Position numbers and translations under genes: made by a program. 64,000 nucleotides of DNA from Hydrolagus affinis (lineage: Eukaryota): the NCBI GenBank assembly GCA_012026655.1, contig JAAILG010001007.1, positions 1-64,000 of the forward strand, written 5' to 3'. Shown here one piece after another: positions 1 through 11,984 of the stretch. The number at the start of each line of letters is the position of its first letter. Within the stretch, counting starts at the first letter, position 1. Below the pieces are notes generated by a model, which ran no database searches, had not been told where the DNA came from, and saw only the letters and a list, made by a program, of their open reading frames with translations.

Positions 1-1
1 T

Positions 2-922
2 GTAATCAAAAAGGAAATTATTTTATTTCAGTTTGTGGTCTACATTCCTACGTTCATCTGTGGATTAGTGCTAAATTCATTGGCATTGTTAACAATCTGC
101 TGGAAATTAAAAAGAACAGAAACAGTCATTTACATGACAAACTTGGCCATTTCTGACATTCTCCTGCTTTCTTCTTTGCCCTTAAAACTATACAGCTACA
201 GGCATAAATTGTCTAATGTTCTGTGTACGGTTTTGAAAGTCACTTACTATGGAAATATGTATGTGAGTATATTTATAATCACTTGCATATGTGTAGATAG
301 ATACATTGCAATAGAATACCCATTTAAGGCACGGATGCTGAGATCTCCAAAGAAAACCAGTATCATATGTACTGTAATATGGATTTTTTCAACTTTCTTG
401 ATCCTCTCTATCAATTATGAATCGATGACTAAAGGATTCACAGAAACAAATTCAACAAGATATTGCTTCCAAAGCCAATCCGTAAATATTTTTTTGTTTG
501 TTCCTGTTCAGATTATGTGTTTCATTATTCCATTGATTCTTATAACAATTTGCTCAGTTAAAATTATCCGCAGTCTTCGGAAAAGAAGCAACACTGATAT
601 CAGAGTATTTACCAAAGTGAGAACGATACGAATTATAGCTGCAAATGCTATTATATTCATTGTTTGTTTTACACCTGTACAAATTGGGCATTTCATTAAA
701 ATCTTCATAATCTATGTATCAGCAGATTGCACTATTCTAGAACACATCCGTTCTTTTAATCAAGTAGCAATTTGCATAGCAAATATAAATTGTTGCCTAG
801 ATGGATTCATCTTTTATTTTATTACAGCTGAGATACGTGAAAGCACTATGGAAGGCAAACAGGAAAGGGAAAAGCAATGTAAAACAATGCTATCAAATTT
901 GCATGGTATGGATCACTGTTGA
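2..922 (+). CDS. GPR55/GPR35-family class A GPCR, copy 1 (5'-truncated by window edge)
   Basis: Frame is open from base 2 (VIKKEIILFQFVVYIPTF...). Seven-TM pattern with GLVLN (TM1), YMTNLAISD (TM2), VDRYIAI (DRY), LRSPKK, CFTP (TM6), NCCLD (TM7). IPTF, LRSP and NCCLD are typical of GPR55/GPR35. Stop TGA at 920-922. Confidence 0.88.
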   Translation, partial: VIKKEIILFQFVVYIPTFICGLVLNSLALLTICWKLKRTETVIYMTNLAISDILLLSSLPLKLYSYRHKLSNVLCTVLKVTYYGNMYVSIFIITCICVDRYIAIEYPFKARMLRSPKKTSIICTVIWIFSTFLILSINYESMTKGFTETNSTRYCFQSQSVNIFLFVPVQIMCFIIPLILITICSVKIIRSLRKRSNTDIRVFTKVRTIRIIAANAIIFIVCFTPVQIGHFIKIFIIYVSADCTILEHIRSFNQVAICIANINCCLDGFIFYFITAEIRESTMEGKQEREKQCKTMLSNLHGMDHC

Positions 923-933
923 TACCAATTTTC

Positions 934-1212
934 ATAAGAACATAAGAATTAGGAGTAGGCCATTCAACCCCTCAAGCTTACCCCGCCATTCAATAAAATC
1001 ATGGTTGATCTAATCTAACTCCACCTAAGCACCTTATCCCTATATCCTTTAATCCCTTTGTCCATAAGAAATCTGTCAATTTCAGTCTTGAATATGTTCA
1101 AGGACTGAGCATCTACATCCTTTTGGGGGTGGAGAATTCCATAAATTCACTATCCTCTGAGTGAAGAAGTTTTTCCTGAACTCAGTGCAAAAAGGCTGAC
1201 CCCCTATCTTAG
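934..1212 (-). mobile_element. CR1-type LINE 3' fragment
   Basis: cataagaacataagaattaggagtaggccattc terminus; co-linear similarity to the longer CR1 copy at 42619-43720. Confidence 0.7.
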
Positions 1213-1369
1213 TCATTTTCCTGTTGTTACCAGTCTCTGCCTCCTTATCCTCCTTGACCTTTTTGCTGCCTTCTACACTCCATCCTCCTACACTGCCTCT
1301 GTTCCCAGCTCAATCTTCATGGACCTGCCCTCGCCTGGTTCTTACCTTCTCACCATCTCCACTTTGCCA

Positions 1370-2150
1370 CCACCAACAGCTTCTCCTCCAGCCCCCGTAC
1401 TATCATTTGTGGTATCTCCCAGGGCACTGTCCTTGGCCCCCTATTTTTCAATATCTACATGCTACCTCTTGGTGACATTATCCTCAGACATTAGGTCAAT
1501 TTCCACATGTATGCGGATGATACCCAACTCTATCTTTCTGCTTCTACCCTCAATTCTAGAACCACTGTCCTGTCCTGATAGATTGCCTGTCAGTCATCAA
1601 GTCCTGGATGACAGCTACCTTTCTATAGTTGAATATCAACAAGACCGAGGCCCTCATGATTGGCTTGCACCAGCGCCTTTACACATCAGGCACTGGCAGC
1701 ATCAACCTCCATGGTTGCACACTCAACCTCACCAAGCCAGTCAGGAACCTGGGTGTCTTGTTCAATCATCAACTGTCTTTCCTCCCCTAAATCCAGCCAA
1801 GACCCGCTCTGCCTTCCCTCACCTTTGCAACTTTGCCCAACTCTGCCACTGCCTTCACGTCTCCCGCCCCACCCGCCCCACCATTGGAGGGCGAGCCTTC
1901 AGCCACTCTGCTCCTAACCTCTGGAATTCCATCCCACAGCATCCACCTCACTCCCTCCCTAGCTCCCTTCAAGTCCTGCCTTAAGAACTTCCTCTTCAAC
2001 GGTCCCATTGGTCACCCCAAATCCCTTCCCTTACCCTCCACCCTCCTCAATCCTGACCTTAGCTCAGGTCTGAAACATTGATTGTCCATCATTTTGGGAC
2101 TTCCTCCCAACGTGAAAGGCGCTGTACAAATGTAATTTTGTTGTCGTTGT
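1370..2150 (+). mobile_element. Degenerate L2-type LINE fragment (RT remnant plus 3' tail)
   Basis: PQG-like motif (cccagggcactgtccttggcccc) and HMYADDTQLY (cacatgtatgcggatgatacccaactctat), frameshifted; ends gtgaaaggcgctgtacaaatgtaattttgttgtcgttgtt. Confidence 0.75.
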
Positions 2151-2794
2151 TCTTGGTGTAAAGATTTATGAGGAATTTGATCAAAATTGAAGAGAAGATT
2201 GAGGACTCGTGAGAGCAGTACATTGCAGTGTGTTAAGGTTGTATATTTGGCAAACTTTGGCAGCACACAAGTGAAACAGCCCGGCTATCCAGATAGATCA
2301 ATACATCTTAACCTTCAAGAAGATATATAGTACTTGTACAGTATTGAGAATTCAGTCCCATACTGAATTACAAAATAAACAGGTCCAGATAAAGATTCAT
2401 CTGCAGCACATTTCACTGTAGAACAAGTTCAATACAACTAAGTAGAGAATATCTCTGGTGAGAGAATATATTTTGGAAATACAAATATATCAGCTGCTTG
2501 CAGTTAATAATGTCAAACTTTAAACAAGTACTAGTCAATAATTAAAAAAAAGTGCAAGGTGAGCGTACAATCAGGTGTACATTTGTCATTGATTGGAGAG
2601 GCAAAAGAAAGAGCTTATATATTTTTATCTTGTTTTGTATTCTTGTCAACATGAACTCACTAACTGAAACTATAATAAACTTTGTTCAACTTTAATTGAA
2701 AGCCTCTTGCTTATATTGTAGTCTAAAGTATTACAGCTTTATTTGAAAATGTTATCCGGCTCTGCTCTATTTTTACCAAAGTTTTTATACACAT

Positions 2795-3050
2795 ACAACA
2801 ACAACATTACTTTGGTAAATCACCTTTCATGTCAGTAGGACTTCTCAAGGTGCACAAGTAGACTTCTCAGTAGGACAGTTAGGGATTAGGACCCAAACTG
2901 AAGAGGGTTGGGATCACAGAGGGTAGAGGGAAGAAAGGGTGGGAGTGTGGCTGAAGGGCACTGTCTAAGAGGAGGGTCTTGAGGCGTGACTGAAGGAGGC
3001 AGGGGACAGACGAGGTGAAGGGAATGTGGGATGCAGTTCCAGATGGAGTT
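2795..3050 (-). mobile_element. L2-type LINE 3' tail fragment
   Basis: Reverse-complement similarity to the L2 tails near 1900-2150 and 12370-12617. Confidence 0.6.
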
Positions 3051-3859
3051 CTATTCAAATGTATAGAAGAAATATAAGACATCATAACTCAGAACCCTTA
3101 AACAGAACTCAGAACTCTTGGTCAAAAAATACAGCCAACAAGCCCCGTACATCACATATACAAGTCATATATACATTGCACATGGACGGGCCTCAAACGT
3201 TGATGGATCATATTCTGCCTGAGTTAATAAATCTCAAGCTTGTCTTCAGCTATCATTAATTTTTTATTAATTGATAAGAATGTCTCATAATACTTCACAA
3301 GATTTAGTGTAAGGTGCAGTGATTGTATATTTTTGTAGGCAAACACAACGGCCAATTTATGTACTGCAAGACCCCACAAACAGCTAGAAAGTAAAATATC
3401 AATTTTGTCTGGTGGATTGTTGTCCAGAACTTTAAGAGAAACTCCCTTTTTTTTCAAGTAATAATCCCTCAAGAAGAAAAAAGATTATTAAATGGTGGGA
3501 TTGGCTGCCGCATTTCGCATTTCGCACCACAAATACAGTCAATTCTCTTGACAGTAAAGAAGTGTGAAGCACTTGGAGATGTCTGGAGGAAGTGAAAGCG
3601 CTATATCAAATACAAGGATTTTTATAATTGAGATGAACACAATCTCCAATTGCAAACTGCTGCTTGATGAAATGCTCCCAAGGCTTACACAATCAAACCA
3701 AAAGTCAATAAATTGAACTATCAATTCACACCAATCAAGCACTGAATGTTCCATGACACTCATCCTATCACTGTACTGTACTCTAGATAGGATGGGACAT
3801 TGTACTTTCAGTTTGTCACCAACAGAGTTATACCTGCACATCTGTTCTACAAACTACAT

Positions 3860-3899
3860 GAATAAATTTAATCTAGAAGGAGCTTTGTTGAGTTGACTG
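3860..3899 (+). other. Putative non-coding 5' exon end of GPCR copy 2 (start of exon unknown)
   Basis: Consensus donor CTG|GTAAGT at 3900 pairs with acceptor cattgttcttttccag ending at 4806, just upstream of the ATG at 4821. Confidence 0.35.
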
Positions 3900-4820
3900 G
3901 TAAGTAGTTTCCGATTTACTTTTCTTAAAAGAACTGTGCGCTTTGTGTCATGTTTGCCCACAAAATACAGTCATTTACACTTTACACTATGTATTCTGTG
4001 AAGCTCTTTTAGACGTCTGTACGACGTGATATAGGAGCTATAACAAATGCAAGAATTATTATTTGTAATTTTATCATTATTTTTTCTCTATGTGGCTTTC
4101 ACATAGAGAAAAAGTAATTTGGAAACTTGCTATTGGGAAACATGAAAGTAGAAATTGTGTCTAACTATTGCGTAAACAGGAACCTTCTAAGTAGTTTAAA
4201 ATGTTAGTGAGATTACGTTAAATTTAAAGATGAAACTGAAAAGCAACAGTAAAACCATGACTATTGTAGTATTTATAATATTTAGGGTCTGCATCTGTTT
4301 TTTCCACAAATACTTATATTAAAAAAAATGCAATTATGCTACAATTATAATTCCACAAATGCTGGGAAACACAAACCTCCTCCCCCCAAATTGAGTTCAG
4401 GGTGATCCTTTATGCTATTTGGACTATAGTCACATTAGTGGTGAAGTTAAATTGAGAACAAACATGATAATAAGTGTTTAAAACCCTTGTACTTTGTAAA
4501 TATTGAGTGTGTCCTGAATATAGCGTCCCTGAGCGGGCCGACAATGGGCCAGTAGGTGAGAGGGAGGGGGATAGGTGACCGTAACCACGATCAAAAAGAA
4601 TGAAGTGCTACTTCAAATGGGAGAGAAAAAAAACTAAATTTGCAAACATGAATTACGATCTGGAAAATACAGCACAGGAAATCAACATGGTAAAACAGGA
4701 AGTCAATGGGTTTTTAAAAAAAAAAGTTTTCCTTACCTGAAATATATCTGGATCAATTTCTAACGTGAGGACTTTCCACTGACACAATATCATTGTTCTT
4801 TTCCAGCAGTGTTGCACAGA

Positions 4821-5726
4821 ATGATTTGTACGACTGAGACCAATGAATATGTTGGGTTACTTCTGTTTGTCTTCTCCATCCCTATCTTCATCGTTGGAAT
4901 AGTGTTTAATGCCCTTGCCTTGTGGGCATTCTGCTGCAAATTGAGGAAATGGACTGAAACTATTGTTTACATGGCAAATTTAGCTGTTTCGGACTTGGTA
5001 CTGCTTTTATCTTTGCCTTTCAAAATAGTTAGCTTCAAGCACAAATGGTTCAACAGGTCTCTATGTTCGGTGGTCGAGTCCATGTACTTTGTGAATATGT
5101 ATGTGAGCATATTTATCATTACTTGTATAAGTATAGATCGATACATTGCAATAAGACACCCTTTCAGAGCAAAGATATTGAGATCGCCAATGAAAGCAGG
5201 AATGTTATCGGCTGTAATCTGGGTTATCATTTGTTCATGGAGCATTCCTGTCTATTTCAAATATCATAATCAGCTAATCAATGAAACAAGCTTATTTTGC
5301 TTCCAGCAAGAGTCGTTTGACACAGATTTTGCTGTAACGGTTTCTCTGGAAATAGTGGGGTTCATTATCCCACTGATTATTGTGACTTTTTGCTCAGTTC
5401 AAATCATTCGAACTCTTAAACAGAGCAAGTTAAATGCCGGACAATTTGACACCCAGAGAACGATACGAATCATCACTGCAAACGTCACTATCTTTATCAT
5501 CTGCTTTACACCTGTACACATTGGATATTTTCTTCAATGGATTCCGGCTATTATAAATGACTCAAAGAGTCAAAACAATGTATGTTTGTTTATGCACATA
5601 GCGCCATGTATAGCCAATATAAATTGTTGCCTCGATGCATTCGGGTATTATTTTGTTTCGGCTGAAGTTCGGCAAATTTGTAAATTTAAAATAACACAGC
5701 CAGGAGAGTCTGAGTCAACCAAGTAA
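4821..5726 (+). CDS. GPR55/GPR35-family class A GPCR, copy 2 (301 aa)
   Basis: ATG 4821 (MICTTETNEY). Motifs FNALALWAFCCKLRKWTETIVYMANLAVSD, LSLPFK, IDRYIAIRHPFRAKILRSP, CFTP, NCCLDAFGYYF. AATAAA at 6139-6144. Confidence 0.9.
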   Translation: MICTTETNEYVGLLLFVFSIPIFIVGIVFNALALWAFCCKLRKWTETIVYMANLAVSDLVLLLSLPFKIVSFKHKWFNRSLCSVVESMYFVNMYVSIFIITCISIDRYIAIRHPFRAKILRSPMKAGMLSAVIWVIICSWSIPVYFKYHNQLINETSLFCFQQESFDTDFAVTVSLEIVGFIIPLIIVTFCSVQIIRTLKQSKLNAGQFDTQRTIRIITANVTIFIICFTPVHIGYFLQWIPAIINDSKSQNNVCLFMHIAPCIANINCCLDAFGYYFVSAEVRQICKFKITQPGESESTK

Positions 5727-6505
5727 CCATGTTGCAAATATTGTGGTGATGGGACCATTCTGATGACTGTTGGGGTGTGGGAGATGAGAAGGGGAATGTG
5801 AAGTTGAGGTCATCACAGCACTTAAAGCAGTTATCTAAACATTTTTAAAGAAATTAAGAGGTAAAGCGAGGTCTAAACTATTGTAAGATGTAAAATGATG
5901 AACTGTACTGTATTGTTGTGTTTTGTTACATTTCTACTGAAATTAATTCTATTTCCTATCTATGTATATGATGTGTTCTGTGAGCTGCCAAACAGACTAT
6001 TCCTTGTTTAATGTCCTCTACATAGTTGATTGTGTATTTCCACAAATATATACATTTTATTTTATTCATTCCTACATTTGTGAAGTTCTAATTTATTGAT
6101 TCTAAACTCATTTACAACACAACAATGCATTTTTTGGAAATAAAGAAAGACTACTTTTCTATTGTTTTGGACAAACACACATAACTGTAACTAAGGTAAA
6201 AGCTGAACAAAGACTAAATAACGTGTAGTGATGGATTGGACATGTATTGCAGAGTAAATAGTTACTATAAATACTAGAAATATGTACTTCCTGATGGGCT
6301 GAACTGATGAGGTTTAGTAGATAACTCTATTTGTCTTGCATCATTGAGTACAATACAGGAAATTCTGACTTGATTATAATTAAATTACCTTTTAGCACCA
6401 ATTAGTTTATCTCCATATTAATATCTTTAATATTCATCCTTTTACATCTCTCTATCATACCTTAATTATATATTTTTTAAAAAATAATTCTTCAGACAAT
6501 TGAAA

Positions 6506-6820
6506 GAGTCCTATAGCTGAGTGGTTAAAGCATTCGCCTTACCTGGGTTCAATTCCAGGCAAGGGCGAAACCTTGGGCAAGTTTCCTTACTCCACACACC
6601 TGATAATAAACCCCCACCTCTCCCCCCAAAACCCCCCAATAATAAATTGGTAATTTAAATCCACGATTGATTGTGGGACACTGCTGTGCGCAATTGGCTG
6701 CCACGTTTCACCCACAAATATACAGTCAATTCACTTTACAGCATATTCTGTGAAGAGCTTTGAGACGTTTAGAAGATGTGAAAAGAGCTATATCAAATGC
6801 AAGGATTAGTATTATTATTA
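6506..6820 (+). mobile_element. tRNA-derived SINE with L2-like tail, near full length
   Basis: Head gagtcctatagctgagtggttaaagc (A box), gggttcaattcc (B box); tail gtgaaaagagctatatcaaatgcaagg(att)n. About 20 full or partial copies in the window. Confidence 0.8.
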
Positions 6821-7176
6821 TGCAAAGAGACTGGTAAATAAATTAAATGGAAGAATCACAAAATCACAAGAAGCAATTCCAAATGGTATTGAAGAGACAA
6901 CTATTAAATTACAACCTTTATCCAAAGATCTACAGATAAAAATAGAAATTGAGGGTAAATTATATTTTCAGTATTTGACTCCAATTTTATAAAGTAAGTT
7001 CCCTTCGCTCAACACAAAAGCATTTTATCTAAAATTTCTTGGATCATTGATGCTTAAAATAATCATTCTTACATTTGACACTGCAACTTTTACGTTCGGA
7101 GGTCATCTCAAACTTCATAGTCATAAAGTGACTTTATTTGTGTGGATGAATGAGGCAGATAATTTGTTCACAGCAA

Positions 7177-7290
7177 AAATAATAATAATAATCCTTGCAT
7201 TTTGATACAGTGTTTTCACGTCTTCTAGATGTCTCAAAGCGCTTCACACAATATACTGTAAAGTGAATTGACTGTATATTTGTGAGCAAT
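7177..7290 (-). mobile_element. SINE 3' fragment
   Basis: (aat)n-ccttgcattttgatacagtgttttcacgtcttctag matches the family tail. Confidence 0.65.
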
Positions 7291-9410
7291 GTCTCACAGA
7301 CAGCCGTGAAGTGAATGAGCAATTTTATTTTCCCAGGAGACTGGGAAAAACTCCCACAAGCTTGAATCTGGCTGGCATTTTTCATGTAAAATGAAATGAC
7401 AGGATTACGTACACCAACATCAGTCATTAGATTCAACCAATCCTCAATGGTGCTCTACGTGAGCCTGACCTTTTATTACTATCTCCTCTTAAATACTTTA
7501 ATACTTTCTACACTAAGCACAGCTACTGGTAATGGGCCTATCTTCTTAACACCTTTTGTGAAAAGAAGTTCCTGATAAGCTTTCTTTAACTTTCTTTAAA
7601 CTTGATCTGCTCGGGGCTATTTTGTATATTTTCTGCCCTTGTTCTGGCCTCACCACCAAGTGGAAATGGACAATTTATCAAGTCTGTTCATAATTAGAAA
7701 CACATTTATCGGATCCCCTCTCGATCATCTCATGTTCATAGTAAAAAAAACATCCACAGCACTGCTGGGATGACAGACTATAAGTACGTCAATCACATCA
7801 TAAAAATTACACACTTTAACTGAATGTGGTACATAGTAAATAGCAGTGAATCCTAGTGGGAAACTAATTTATTACCACCTTCATCAGTTTCACATATGTT
7901 TTTCAGTGTTGAAATTGGCAGAACACACCCAATGACACTAAACAAAAACTGATAAGATCACTTCGCCAAATGTTGTTGATTTCTGTATTTTTTATATACC
8001 AGTTGGAGTTTGGTTTGTGGGACTCTGCCGGTATTTGCAATTTTTGTGTTTTTTCCTGTAAAGCAGGCCACTTTGTCACAGTGGCCTCCCTCCATTATTA
8101 TCATGAAATCTTGCCACAAGTTGAGGCCAGTTTAAAGTGCAACCGTTTAGAGGTTTATATGAGCAATTTGCTAAATTTATAGAGAGGTGTGACATGTTAC
8201 AAACAGATGGTGAGCATAAACAGGATTTACAACTGATCTTTGATCCAACCCGGTTTGTTTTAAATTGGATAGGGAGCATTTGCCCTTAGTATAGCAACTT
8301 GGACTGTCAAAATTGTGACTTCTTATGGTACGAAACAAGCCTGCGTGATAACAAAATAGTTCTCAAAACAGCAACAGCAGAAGTGCAGCTCATCTTATTT
8401 TGTCATCGATATAAAGGAATGGGCCATTCTCCATTTGACAAAATTGCCACAAAATTCTGTTCTCCCACCCAGCAATGAAGGCAGATTCACTCTACAAGCA
8501 GATTAGTCAAGTTAACTTCCTTAGGATAGACGCAAATAATTATGCTTCATCTTCATTTGCTAATGAGCTCAACAACAATTGTGTTTAAAATGTTACAATC
8601 ATTAAGGCATGATAAACAACGCATACATTTTTAAGTACAATCTTTATTGCTCACTTGAATTTTATACATAGTGCTGCTAATTAGGATTCATGTACGAGAA
8701 TAATTGTACTGTACTGGTGATATGAAGGGAAAGGAGATTTCTCATTAGGGGAATCCCAGCAGTTGGAGTAATTGATGCTGGCAACTGTTTCTTCTTAATT
8801 TATTCATTAACCTGCAGCCAGGCTTTTGTCAGTGCTGCTATAGAACCACAAGGCAGAGTGGACTTGTGACAATAAAACTGCTTCTTAGATAAGTGTATGA
8901 GCGAGAGAGAGACAAGCATAAAAAGAGTAGGTCTTTTATGTTCTATCTTTTGGAGTGAAATCTTCTGTGGCAGTGGAGGAGGGTGAGGAGTGTATCTTCA
9001 TGAAATCTTAGGATTTATGAAGTTCTCATTTCTTTTTGAAATCTCGAAAATAATATTTCACGCGGAACCGGAGGCGGTTTTAACGTCAGAGCAAACGTAC
9101 AGCTGCACGTTCATGCAGTTTCCAACTTGATCATTCATTGCAAAATGCATTGCAACAGTAAAATCCAATGCAATAAAATTTAAAATTTAGATTTAATATA
9201 TCAGTGCCTATGTTTAGTCTTCAGTTTCCATCACACCAAATGACATAAGGTAAATCGTAAAGCAATCCTCGACATCAGTAATGACTGATAATGTGATAGA
9301 ATGTCATGTGCAAAGAAAATTTTCCTCGCTTGATGGGAAATTAATTCAAAATGTGGGTATACACATAAAAATAAAACCACCAACGCCCATTGTTCAGTTA
9401 TTTATTAAAT

Positions 9411-9520
9411 CTAAGAGGCTGCCAGCTTTCTCACAGTTATTATGATCAGACTGAACAACACAGACACTCCAAGAACAGCAGCGATTACAATGGCGGTGAT
9501 TGCTCCTGGGCCCAGCGATC
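9411..9520 (-). CDS. SNORC: SNORC (C2orf82) exon 3: TM helix and short cytoplasmic tail
   Basis: Acceptor tttgttttgcag, then (G)SLGPGAITAIVIAAVLGVSVLFSLIIITVRKLAAS-stop. Matches the recalled human C-terminus [36 protein letters not shown]. Confidence 0.9.
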
Positions 9521-10051
9521 CTGCAAAACAAAGACCAGCAGATCATCAGAACGCAATTACAAGTGTTAGAGGGACTCAAATGGGGCGTTTATAATTCACA
9601 CGTGGTTACTAGGCCACAAGCTGGGATCTTTATCTAGATGTAAGCAACAGGTGTCACAGCCGGCATCAGTTATTGCCCTTTTAAATTGTTTTCAATATAA
9701 TAAACATATTTAGAATAATTCAAAGGATTATACGTGTAGAGGATTGAATGTTTTACAATTTGTGTGCAATATCAGCTTTAGCCCTGAGAATACCCGCAAG
9801 CCTGGAGGGCAATTCAGAACAGAAACATATTGTAAAGTGCCTTCAAAAGCAACAGTGTATTGCACTACTATTTTTTTACAGTGTTTGACTATTAGCAATG
9901 ACATCAATGACCACGTTTGGTGGCTTATTGGCCAGGGCGAACTTCCTGCTCCACAAAATAGTGCCACAAGATCCCTTATTAACAGCCAAACTGCCAGAAC
10001 ATATGGATAAGTTTAATGTATCATCCTTAGGACAGAACCTCCCAAACTGCT

Positions 10052-10368
10052 GTATCAGTGGTTAGAGCACTCGCCTTACACGCGAGAGACCTGGGTTCAA
10101 TTCCAGGCACGGCGAAACCTTGAGCAAGTTTCCTTACTCCACAGGTCTGATAATAATACCTCAAGTAAAAAAAATTATAATTATCATTTCAATTCACGAC
10201 TGTTTGTGGGACACCGCTGTGTGCAATTGGCTGTCACATTTTGCCCATAAATAAACAGTCAATTTACTTTACAGTATATTCTGTGAAGCTCTATTGAAAC
10301 ATCTAGAAGATGTGAAAAGCGCTATATCAAATGCAAGGATTAATATTATTATTAATATATTATTATTA
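10052..10368 (+). mobile_element. tRNA-derived SINE
   Basis: cagtggttagagcactcgccttacacgcgagagacctgggttcaattcc head and family tail. Confidence 0.8.
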
Positions 10369-10480
10369 CCCTCAGGGCTGCATTGAAATGTTTGGGGATT
10401 AAATTCACAACCTTCTGTTACGAAACTAATTGTCAATGAGAATTTATTATAAATTTATTGGTACAGTGTCCCTATTCTAC

Positions 10481-10648
10481 CTTTCTCCACTGGTTCTTCT
10501 GCGAAATAGCCGTCGTCTGAAGTCAATGAAGAATCCTCCACAGAAGCTTCAGGTGTGACCGTCTCTGCCACTCCTCCCCCCGAGGACATTTCCAAGCTTT
10601 CGCTGGATGGAGTCAGAACAAGGTTACCTTGGACTTCAGACGTGAGAC
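10481..10648 (-). CDS. SNORC: SNORC exon 2: acidic Ser/Thr-rich ectodomain with Ser-Gly GAG attachment site
   Basis: Acceptor ttgtatgcag; 168 nt, phase 1/1; (G)LTSEVQGNLVLTPSSESLEMSSGGGVAETVTPEASVEDSSLTSDDGYFAEEPVEK; donor G|gtagaa. Joins exons 1 and 3 in frame (116 aa in total). Confidence 0.8.
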
Positions 10649-11984
10649 CTGCATACAACAGAACATTGAACACTGCCATTAAAACCGTCCACTTTGCAAT
10701 CCATTCCATTTTAAAAATGCTGTGTCTCCGGGTGATCCAACCATTGCACTGCCGCGTGCCTGAATCCCTCTAGGGCACATGTGAACATTTGTATTTGCTC
10801 TGAACGCTTCAATACTTTATCGTAGGAAAACTACAGCACAGTTTGCTTTTTTCTAAAAAAAACAACAACTTTATTTAAACACAACCATTTAAAAAGTAAT
10901 GAATCAATTTCTTGGTGACAAGCAACTAAAATTGCAGTCACAAGTTTAAGTCACAAGTAGGGACACTTGGAAACACAGAAATCTACAGTGCAAAAGAACA
11001 CCATGTTGTTCATCGAGTTGGCAATTCAGTCCTTCCATCTCTCCTTACTCCCATTCTGCTTCAAGCCCCTTCCTTTCATAGGCCTGTCGACTTCTCTGTC
11101 AAAAGCTGCAGTAAACTCCATCTCCATCAACTAACTCATGTCAAGAGTATGTCTAAGGGCACTTAATGAAGGATTTACTGCAAAGTACTTTGTATGAATG
11201 AGGAAGCCAATTTGTGCATAGCAATGTCCCACAGATAGCCCTGAAGTAAAAGAAAATTGGGGTATTGTAGGCCAGGACACCGGCAGAATAGTACAAACAA
11301 ACTGTGTAATGCTAATTCTCACATTGGATGTAATGTAGGACCTTGTCAAATAAAAGGTCTCAAAATGAAAAAAAGCAAAACTGAGGCAAAATTGTGGTAT
11401 ACATGACAGATCCATAAAGTCATAAAACATTGCGTGCTGGAAGAAAAAAATCTGATGGAATACAAACCCTTCTTGCCTTTGTAAGGTGATTACTACTGCC
11501 CAACGGACCATTAGGTCCCTTAAGCATTTGACAAACAAAGGAGAAAGACACAGAAAATACCATTCATCAAATATTTGCTCAAAGTAAAAAATCTGAAAAA
11601 CGCCAGGAAATTAGCCAGGAAAAAGATTAAAATGTCACTTTCTATATTTTCCTTCTACATAACTAGCAGGAGTATATTGAACAGAAAGTATTTTCCTACT
11701 TTTCCTCATGTATAAAAACAAATCTAAATTTTCTGATAAAATTCAATCTCAAAGGGAGTTTAGAAGGAACTCTGTGGATTGTGCTGCAATTCACATCTCC
11801 CTGGCAGAATCTGTGATTGGATGGCAAAGCTTGAACATATTTAAAAGGAAATTTGATGCAAATATGAAAAAAGGGAACAGAAAGGTATGAGAGAGGGGTT
11901 GAAATGAAATATAAAACCAACATAGACTAATTTCCAGGATAATAAAGAAAAAGAGGAGAGTCCCACTATTACACTGTTCAATTG

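Noticed and set aside
1319-2081. 221-aa ORF and overlapping ORFs
   Set aside because: Chance frames across a decayed L2 element; RT motifs are scattered over different frames.
10052-10125. tRNA-like sequence with A and B boxes (also near 6506, 20480-20536, 51330-51395)
   Set aside because: These are SINE heads: always joined to the same body and tail, degenerate, with no intact acceptor stem. Not tRNA genes.
10649-10709. Hydrophobic MEWIAKWTVLMAVFNVLLYA in frame with SNORC exon 2, resembling an alternative signal peptide
   Set aside because: It overlaps the acceptor region, and a well-formed exon 1 exists at 19354-19426. An alternative start cannot be excluded but has no support here.
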